Shown here: positions 57,752 through 64,000 of the stretch, piece after piece
Position numbering within the stretch: position 1 is the stretch's first letter
Layout: every line of letters starts with the position of its first letter
NCBI GenBank assembly: GCA_964405655.1
Contig: CAYOOO010000006.1
Span: 3,671 to 67,670 of the forward strand
Length of the DNA stretch: 64,000 nt
Origin: an uncultured Gammaproteobacteria bacterium
GTDB taxonomy: Bacteria; Patescibacteriota; Microgenomatia; Daviesbacterales; UBA10151
Direction: 5' to 3'
Notes under the pieces: generated by a model
What the model saw: only the letters and a program-made list of their open reading frames with translations
What the model was told of the DNA's origin: nothing
The model's database searches: none
Position numbers and translations under genes: made by a program

Positions 57752-59668
57752 ATGGCAGAAAACGAAAAGGTCTTAACTTATGTTCCTCTGCCTGAGATAA
57801 AAAGAATAAAGATCGGGGTTAAAAACCCAATCAAGCAAGCTGAATTACTCTCAGATATCTTCAGGATCAATACTCTTTATATGATAGAAAAAGCTGGGTC
57901 TGGACACCTGGGAACCAGTTTTAGCTCAATAGATATTGTTACTTGGTTAATGTTGAATGAGCTAAGAAACCCCAATAATCCTGGTAAAAATCCTTCTGAT
58001 ACTTATTTTTCATCAAAGGGTCATGATGTACCAGCTCTCTATTCTATTTTAATGGGGTTGGGACAACTGGACTTTGAAAATATCCATCGATTAAGGAGAC
58101 TAAACGGTTTACCAGGACACCCAGATGTTTCAATACCATCTCTTGTGACCAATACTGGGTCTTTGGGCATGGGTATCTCAACTGCTAGAGGAATAGCTTT
58201 TGTTGATCATTTAAATAAACATCAAGGAAGATTATATGTTTTAACAGGTGATGGTGAGTTGCAGGAAGGGCAAATTTGGGAAAGTTTACAGCCTACTGCA
58301 AATGGTAAATATGATGATATTACTGTGATTGTTGATCATAATAAGATTCAGTCTGATACTTGGGTAGAAAGAGTCAGTTCGTTGGGAAATCTTGAAAAAA
58401 GATTTGCTGCTCATGGTTGGGAAGTAACCAGATGTAATGGACATGATTTTGCGGCTTTGCAAAAAACACTGGCCAGATTAAGAAAAGTTAAAGGGCGTCC
58501 TCAAGTTTTGATAGCAGATACCATCAAGGGCAAAGGAGTCTCATTTATGGAAAGGGTAGAAAGTGATGGTTTATATAAGTTTCATGCTGGTGCGCCAAGT
58601 TACGAACAGTACCAGGCAGCTTTTCAGGAGCTATCAAGTCGGGTTAATGAACGACTAGAATCCCTAAAGCTTAGACCCCTGGAGTTAGAAGAAGTAAGAC
58701 TACCAGCCACTCCTTCAACAGTTAAGAAGTTAGTCCGACTGACCAATGATTATGGTGAGGAAGTGATCGAAATCGGTAAGGATAGGAAAGATTTAATAGT
58801 TTTAGATGCAGATCTGATTAAAAGTTGTGGCTTGATTGGTTTTGCCAAACAGTTTCCTGAAAGATTTATTGAGTGCGGCATAGCTGAACAGGATATGATC
58901 TCAGAGGCAGGAGGAATAGCCTTAAGAGGTGGTCTACCCATTGCTCATTCACTTGCCTGTTTCTTATCAACTAGACCTAATGAACAGATCTATAAACAAG
59001 CCACCGAACAAACAAAAATTATTTATGTAGGTTCTCAAGCAGGGTTACTGCCGGCAGGACCAGGACACTCTCATCAATCGGTTAGAGATATTGCTTGTTT
59101 AGGAGCAGTACCGGGCTTAATTCTTCTAGAACCCTCAAACGGAAAAGAGACTAGAATGGGGCTTCGCTGGGCAGTTTATAGAAACAATCGCAGCACATAT
59201 CTTCGTCTGGTAAGTAACGCAACTGATATTCCCTTTGAACTTCCTAAGAACTATCAATTAAAGGTTGGTAAGGGTGTATTACTTAAAGGAGGTAAAGATG
59301 CCGCAATCCTTTCTTATGGACCAACTATGTTAACAGAGGCTTGGAAGGCAGCGCAGATACTTGCTGAAGATGAAATAAGCTTAGCAGTCATTAATCTACC
59401 TTGGTTAAATAGATTAGATGATAGTTGGTTGAAAAGTGTTGTACGTAAATATCGAACAATTTTTACTCTAGATGATCATTACTTGGAACAGGGTCAAGGA
59501 GCTATGATCGCTACCCACTTAGCCAAACTTGGACTTGTAACCAGTCTAGTTATGTTTGGAGTAGAAGAAATTCCTGCTTGCGGAAGTAATCAGGAAGTGC
59601 TTGAATATCATGGTTTAGATGCTAAATCACTTGCAAAAAAGATTCAAAAAAACCTCAAAAGAAGTTAA
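57752..59668 (+). CDS. Single-chain transketolase-family ThDP enzyme
   Basis: AGSGHLG, SKGH, LPGHP, TGSLG, GDGELQEG..WE...DHN, TIKGKG, ECGIAEQ, GHSHQ. Confidence 0.88.
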   Translation: MAENEKVLTYVPLPEIKRIKIGVKNPIKQAELLSDIFRINTLYMIEKAGSGHLGTSFSSIDIVTWLMLNELRNPNNPGKNPSDTYFSSKGHDVPALYSILMGLGQLDFENIHRLRRLNGLPGHPDVSIPSLVTNTGSLGMGISTARGIAFVDHLNKHQGRLYVLTGDGELQEGQIWESLQPTANGKYDDITVIVDHNKIQSDTWVERVSSLGNLEKRFAAHGWEVTRCNGHDFAALQKTLARLRKVKGRPQVLIADTIKGKGVSFMERVESDGLYKFHAGAPSYEQYQAAFQELSSRVNERLESLKLRPLELEEVRLPATPSTVKKLVRLTNDYGEEVIEIGKDRKDLIVLDADLIKSCGLIGFAKQFPERFIECGIAEQDMISEAGGIALRGGLPIAHSLACFLSTRPNEQIYKQATEQTKIIYVGSQAGLLPAGPGHSHQSVRDIACLGAVPGLILLEPSNGKETRMGLRWAVYRNNRSTYLRLVSNATDIPFELPKNYQLKVGKGVLLKGGKDAAILSYGPTMLTEAWKAAQILAEDEISLAVINLPWLNRLDDSWLKSVVRKYRTIFTLDDHYLEQGQGAMIATHLAKLGLVTSLVMFGVEEIPACGSNQEVLEYHGLDAKSLAKKIQKNLKRS

Positions 59669-60308
59669 AGCAATTGTTTTTGATTTTGATGGAGTATTGG
59701 TTGACTCCCTCGAATTTAAGAGAGAAGCTTACTTTAAGTTATTTCCTACAAAGTACTCTCAAGTTGTAACAAAAACTCTTAAAGAAATGGATGGACGCAT
59801 AAGATCGGAAATAATTTCTACGATTCTTATAAAAACTGGCTTACCGAAAAAAGATCTTAAAGACAAACTAGATAAGTATATTAAAAAATATAACTATCTT
59901 GTTGAAGAGCAGATAATCAAAAAGGGTCTTATTGAAGGAGTTAAAAAGACTTTAAAAGATCTTTCAAAGACTGGTAATATTTATCTCAATTCATCAACCC
60001 CACAAGATTCTTTAGAAAGATGCATTAATGGATTAAAAATCAGGAACTTATTTAAAGAAATTTACGGAAAAACTAATAATAGAGGGAAAAAAGACAATTT
60101 GTCACGAATACTTGAGAATTCTAACTACTCGCTAAATGAGGTTGTGGTTGTAGGTGATAGTATAGATGACTTCTTAATTGCTAAAGAATTAAGCTGTCTG
60201 TTTATTGGTATTTCTAATCAATTTAGTAAATGGGAAGAAATTTCTTTTCCAATATTAAACAATATTTCAAAAATCCAAAGTTTTCTTAAAAATCCAGATG
60301 GCGATTAA
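59619..60308 (+). CDS. HAD-superfamily phosphatase
   Basis: FDFDGVLVDS, NSSTP, VGDS.DD. Start uncertain because it overlaps the transketolase end. Confidence 0.85.
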   Translation: MLNHLQKRFKKTSKEVKAIVFDFDGVLVDSLEFKREAYFKLFPTKYSQVVTKTLKEMDGRIRSEIISTILIKTGLPKKDLKDKLDKYIKKYNYLVEEQIIKKGLIEGVKKTLKDLSKTGNIYLNSSTPQDSLERCINGLKIRNLFKEIYGKTNNRGKKDNLSRILENSNYSLNEVVVVGDSIDDFLIAKELSCLFIGISNQFSKWEEISFPILNNISKIQSFLKNPDGD

Positions 60309-61371
60309 AGTTTTTGCACCTAATATTCACAGCAAATATAAGATTAATTGGAAAAAAATACTACCTCAAGCGGAAGAGGAGATCAGCAACTTATTTCTCA
60401 AAAATTATAACTTTGACCGGGTTTTAATGATTGAAGAAGTAGATGAATGGGAACGGCTTAGTAATAACTTCAAAATTTTGGCTACTAAAAACAATCATCA
60501 GGTCACTGTTCTTCTAAGAAAACACATCCAACTTAAAGATTTAAAGAGCATTAAAGCATTAGACAAAATATTGCTATATCTACAAAGTCGGGGATTAAAT
60601 GTACCAAAAGTTATTCCTATTAAAAAGAATAAATTATTTTTCAAAAACCAGGGCTACTATTTTCAGCTTTATGAATTCATTCAAGGTGCTCATTTTAAAG
60701 GAACAACAAAACAACTGATAAAGATTGCAGGCTTCATTGCTAAATTACATAAGATTTTTGAAAAAGTTCCTTTTACAAAGGAGATTTCTAAGAAGCCATC
60801 TGTTCTACCACCATGGGATTTTAAAATATGGCAATCTCTTTTACAGATTTCCAAAAATAGAAAAGAAAAACTTGATAAAGTTATTCAAAGTAATGAATTT
60901 TTTATTTTGAGAGAGTGCCAAGTTGTTAAGGATAAAATTAGTTCAATGTCTCAACCCAAAGTTCAAGTAATCAGAGGAGATCTCCACCCACATGATACTA
61001 TCTTTGTAGGCAATGATCTTAATGCCCTTATTGATTTTGAAGGAGTGAGAGTAGGGGAGTTAATTAGAGATGTTGGCAATGCTTGCCACAGATTTGTTAG
61101 ACAATATGTTGTCTATCAAAAAAATGATTGGAGGTTAACCTTACCAAAAGGAATAAAAATTTTTTTATCTAACTACGTTAAGTTTAATCCAATTTCACCA
61201 GAAGAAATTAAGTTGATACCTATTTTTATAAAAGATGAAATATTAAGGAAATTACATAAGGATATTAGCCTATACTACTATAACGATTACCCAGCAAATT
61301 TAGAAGGAGGAGAACTTGAGAAAAAACTAACTCTTCTTAAAGAAGCCTCGTTAATAGAAAAATATATTTAA
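60298..61371 (+). CDS. APH/type II homoserine kinase-fold phosphotransferase, paralog of 53123-54214
   Basis: YEFIQG, QVIRGDLHPHDT, LIDFE, and the shared ACHRFVRQ and GGELEK motifs. Confidence 0.8.
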   Translation: MAIKVFAPNIHSKYKINWKKILPQAEEEISNLFLKNYNFDRVLMIEEVDEWERLSNNFKILATKNNHQVTVLLRKHIQLKDLKSIKALDKILLYLQSRGLNVPKVIPIKKNKLFFKNQGYYFQLYEFIQGAHFKGTTKQLIKIAGFIAKLHKIFEKVPFTKEISKKPSVLPPWDFKIWQSLLQISKNRKEKLDKVIQSNEFFILRECQVVKDKISSMSQPKVQVIRGDLHPHDTIFVGNDLNALIDFEGVRVGELIRDVGNACHRFVRQYVVYQKNDWRLTLPKGIKIFLSNYVKFNPISPEEIKLIPIFIKDEILRKLHKDISLYYYNDYPANLEGGELEKKLTLLKEASLIEKYI

Positions 61372-61388
61372 CTTCTTTCATAACAAAG

Positions 61389-62354
61389 TTAGAGCTTTCG
61401 CTCATACTCATCAGGGTATTTACCAAGCTGAACTAAAAAGATTAAATCTAAGAGTTTTCTTATAACATGTTCTCCTCTCTTAGCAGGAACAACTAGACCT
61501 ACTTCTTTAAGTACTTGTGGTTGAGCATCTGAAGGGCAAGCTGACAACCCAACCACTCTCATCAAAGGTAGGTCGTTAACATCATCACCAATGTAACAAA
61601 CCTCCTCTAAATCTAACCCCCAATCTTTTGCCATCTGCTTAGCTGCAGCTACCTTATCTAAAATCCCATGAACATAAGTTAATTTAAGTTTTTCAGCTCG
61701 ATGAGCTATTATAGGTACGGTTTCTCTGCTAATAATTCCTACATGGCGACCTAAGCCCTGCCAAGGTAGAAGAGCTAGGCTATCAATCCTTGAAAATGCG
61801 ACTGATTCAACTCCTTCTTGGTTGACCCAAACTTTTCCATCAGTCATTGTTCCATCTACATCCATAATCAATCCTTTGATTCTTTTAATTTTTTCATTTA
61901 ACTCTTCAGGTAACCTCTCCTCATCCCAGTAGTCTGCTAAGTACCTCTTTGTTGTTAGATAAATTAGTGGTTCTCCTCTTCTCGGAATGGTTTGGTGAGC
62001 CATACCAGCGGGGATAGTCAAAAAATCTCCAGTCCCAACCCGCTGTTTTTGAGAGTTGTTAATCTCTGTACCCCTCCATTCAAATAGTGATCTAAAAGTC
62101 CGATCAACTACATCACTGCCAGTCTCAATAGTCCCTATCCCTCTAACAACATAAACAATATCAGCAGCCATCTCGTGAATTTCAACTTTAGTAGGTTGAG
62201 TAGCTCTGTTTAGTGACACCAAAGGTCTTGAAAAGCTATCCCTTTGTAGAACGAGAGTTTTTCCTCCAGAGGCCTCTAAACTCTTAACTAAATCAGATAT
62301 AAACTCGACTGTAGCCATTCCTTCGAGCAGATTTTGCGATTTCGATATGTTCAA
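61389..62354 (-). CDS. Cupin domain fused to a KdsC-like HAD phosphatase
   Basis: Cupin: EIHE..DIVYVVRG...GDFLTIPAGMAHQ. KdsC-like: MDVDGTMTDG, F.RID, RAEKL, YIGDDVNDL, CPSDA, GEHVIR. An alternative start is the ATG at 62318. Confidence 0.85.
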   Translation of the reverse strand: MNISKSQNLLEGMATVEFISDLVKSLEASGGKTLVLQRDSFSRPLVSLNRATQPTKVEIHEMAADIVYVVRGIGTIETGSDVVDRTFRSLFEWRGTEINNSQKQRVGTGDFLTIPAGMAHQTIPRRGEPLIYLTTKRYLADYWDEERLPEELNEKIKRIKGLIMDVDGTMTDGKVWVNQEGVESVAFSRIDSLALLPWQGLGRHVGIISRETVPIIAHRAEKLKLTYVHGILDKVAAAKQMAKDWGLDLEEVCYIGDDVNDLPLMRVVGLSACPSDAQPQVLKEVGLVVPAKRGEHVIRKLLDLIFLVQLGKYPDEYERKL

Positions 62355-63393
62355 GAGTAATTGCCTGATCTACCTTAACTTCTTTAATCAATCTTTTACC
62401 CAATACTTTATCTATCATATGTGGTGGTAATCCCTCACAAGGTGATTTTATAGCCAAGTCATTTCTAGTCAAGATATGACCGGCATTTAATTTCTTAGTA
62501 GCAACAATACATTTACCCATCTTATACTTCATTGCAGATTCGCCTTCGTAAAACTTCTTAGTTCCATTACCTAAAGCTAGTCTAATCCTCCTTAGATCTC
62601 TGATGACTTTTCTTAAGCCTTCAAACTCTAAAGAGAAAGCATGATCAGAACCTTTCATGGCCCTGTTTAAAGTAAAATGTTTTTCAATAATTCTGGCGCC
62701 TAAGGCATAGGCGACAGGATCAACAGATATTCCATTATAGTGGTTTGAGAAACCAATTACTGTATCGGGAAAGATCCTTCTGTAAGTTTCAATAACTCTT
62801 AAATCAAGATGCTCGGCCATACAAGGATACATAGAAGTGCACTGCAAAAGGGCGATATTTTTATTAATTTTGTAAACTGCGTCAAATGCTCTTTTGACGT
62901 CGTCTAAGGTAGCAGTTCCAGTCGAAACTATCATTGGTTTTTTAAATCTTGCAATATAGGTAAGCAGGGGAATACTGTGAATATCAGAAGAGGCTGTTTT
63001 AAAACAACTTACTCCAATTTCATTTAAGAAATCAGCGCTTTTGTAATCCCAAGCAGTAGCAAAGAAGATCATGCCCAGCTTTTTAGCATATCTTTTAAGT
63101 TGCAGATATTCTCTTTTATTAAATTCTAAAGCTTGTCGATGTAGGCCATAAGTAGGCGCAAATGCATGCTCGGAATTATAGGTCGAGTTAAAAAAAGAGC
63201 GGGTAAACAGGATTCGATTGTGGCGTTTTTGTATTTTGACTGAGTCTGCTCCGCAAAAGCTTGCTAAATCGAATAATCTCTTACAGGTTTCTATATCACC
63301 CTGATGGTTTTGTCCGATCTCAGCTATAAAGAAACAGTCGCTTTCGTCGTTGATTACCTTGCTTTCGATTATTAGTTGTCTTTTTTTGGCCAT
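62293..63393 (-). CDS. neuB: N-acylneuraminate(-9-phosphate) synthase family protein with C-terminal SAF/antifreeze-like domain
   Basis: IAEIGQNHQGD, VKIQKR, KTASSD, LQCTSMYP, GFSNH, IEKHFT, GSDHAFSL. Confidence 0.93.
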   Translation of the reverse strand: MAKKRQLIIESKVINDESDCFFIAEIGQNHQGDIETCKRLFDLASFCGADSVKIQKRHNRILFTRSFFNSTYNSEHAFAPTYGLHRQALEFNKREYLQLKRYAKKLGMIFFATAWDYKSADFLNEIGVSCFKTASSDIHSIPLLTYIARFKKPMIVSTGTATLDDVKRAFDAVYKINKNIALLQCTSMYPCMAEHLDLRVIETYRRIFPDTVIGFSNHYNGISVDPVAYALGARIIEKHFTLNRAMKGSDHAFSLEFEGLRKVIRDLRRIRLALGNGTKKFYEGESAMKYKMGKCIVATKKLNAGHILTRNDLAIKSPCEGLPPHMIDKVLGKRLIKEVKVDQAITLEHIEIAKSARRNGYSRVYI

Positions 63394-63450
63394 TTTGACG
63401 GTTAAAAAGGATAATTATTGTTGTCTTTAATCACCATATTATATCTGCAA

Positions 63451-63474
63451 AAAAAATGCAATATTGCATTTTTT
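63451..63474. repeat. 24-bp perfect palindrome (operator or weak bidirectional terminator)
   Basis: AAAAAATGCAAT|ATTGCATTTTTT in the intergenic region upstream of neuB. Confidence 0.7.
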
Positions 63475-63558
63475 ATTTTCTCTATGAATCAACGAAAAAT
63501 CAAAAAAAGGCAAAAAAGTAATCTTTTCTAAATTTTAAAAAATGTTAAATATCCTAAC

Positions 63559-64000
63559 TTAGACATTTTTAATTCTACCAAGAAAATGCCTATAATTAAA
63601 AATGCTCTTTTGCAAACCACGCAGCTTCTTAAGTAATTTCCTAATCACACCTAAATGATTACTTTCTTCCAAGGTTGGCAACTGTGAATAGTCCAAGTCT
63701 AAAAGTCTTAGTTCTGATAATTCATAATATTTTCTGAGTATGGAACTAACAGTGGTAAGTTGGTTGTTATGCGGAGATCTTTCTCTATTAAGACTGTAGA
63801 TTAGGGGGATTTTCAGATCCTTAGTTTTTTTGATATATTGATCAACTTGTTGGCTTGTCATTTCTTGGAAAGAAACCATATTAATTAATAATTTGATAGG
63901 GTTGGTTTTTAATTTATCCCAGAGGAAGTTTGGTATAAACACAAAATCATATTTAGCAGTATCCTTTAAATTGTCTAGTTGTTTTTGACTAGTGATAATC
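63559..64000 (-). CDS. Putative sugar O-methyltransferase, C-terminal part (5'-partial)
   Basis: Frame open to the window end. LLINMVSFQEMT..QV..Y and YSLNR resemble NanM-like putative sugar O-methyltransferases. Confidence 0.6.
   Translation of the reverse strand, partial: IITSQKQLDNLKDTAKYDFVFIPNFLWDKLKTNPIKLLINMVSFQEMTSQQVDQYIKKTKDLKIPLIYSLNRERSPHNNQLTTVSSILRKYYELSELRLLDLDYSQLPTLEESNHLGVIRKLLKKLRGLQKSIFNYRHFLGRIKNV

Noticed and set aside
57752-59668. Housekeeping transketolase or DXP synthase
   Set aside because: It is embedded in a sugar-modification operon and resembles the cluster-associated transketolase type. A pentose-phosphate role cannot be fully excluded.
396-60910. Many short (60-132 aa) alternative-frame and antisense ORFs in the track
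   Set aside because: They lie mostly or wholly inside well-supported genes and have no motifs, so they are treated as shadow ORFs.
53123-61371. Aminoglycoside resistance genes
   Set aside because: Only the fold is shared. The proteins are longer, the motifs are altered, the context is sugar biosynthesis and no mobile element is nearby.
1-64000. CRISPR array, tRNA/rRNA, IS or prophage, phase-variable tracts
   Set aside because: No spaced repeats, RNA gene signatures, transposase or integrase were seen. The poly-A/T runs are short, in frame and typical of the base composition.

Overview
This AT-rich, densely coded bacterial window is almost entirely one large surface-glycosylation island. Gene content and composition suggest a Patescibacteria/CPR (Microgenomates-like) genome, but that is inference because no marker gene is present. 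It opens with a 5'-truncated M23 peptidase surface protein. About 47 kb then encode a Wzx flippase, many GT2/GT4 glycosyltransferases, an AsnB amidotransferase, methyltransferases, three polyprenyl-phosphate-sugar synthase domains, about 12 polytopic GT-C-type transferases and a GDP-heptose pathway (hddA, gmhA, hddC, gmhB). The last ~14 kb hold an unusual ulosonic-acid module: animal-NANS-like NeuB, a cupin-KdsC fusion, NeuA, a single-chain transketolase, an aldehyde dehydrogenase, an SDR, a HAD and three APH-fold kinases. Other notable points are a perfect 218-bp identity between two tandem GT-C paralogs, a GT2::GT-C fusion, recurrent near-leaderless promoters, and a set of Lys-poor standalone genes placed among Lys-rich neighbours. 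No rRNA, tRNA, CRISPR array or transposase was recognised. All assignments come from motif reading by eye, without database searches.
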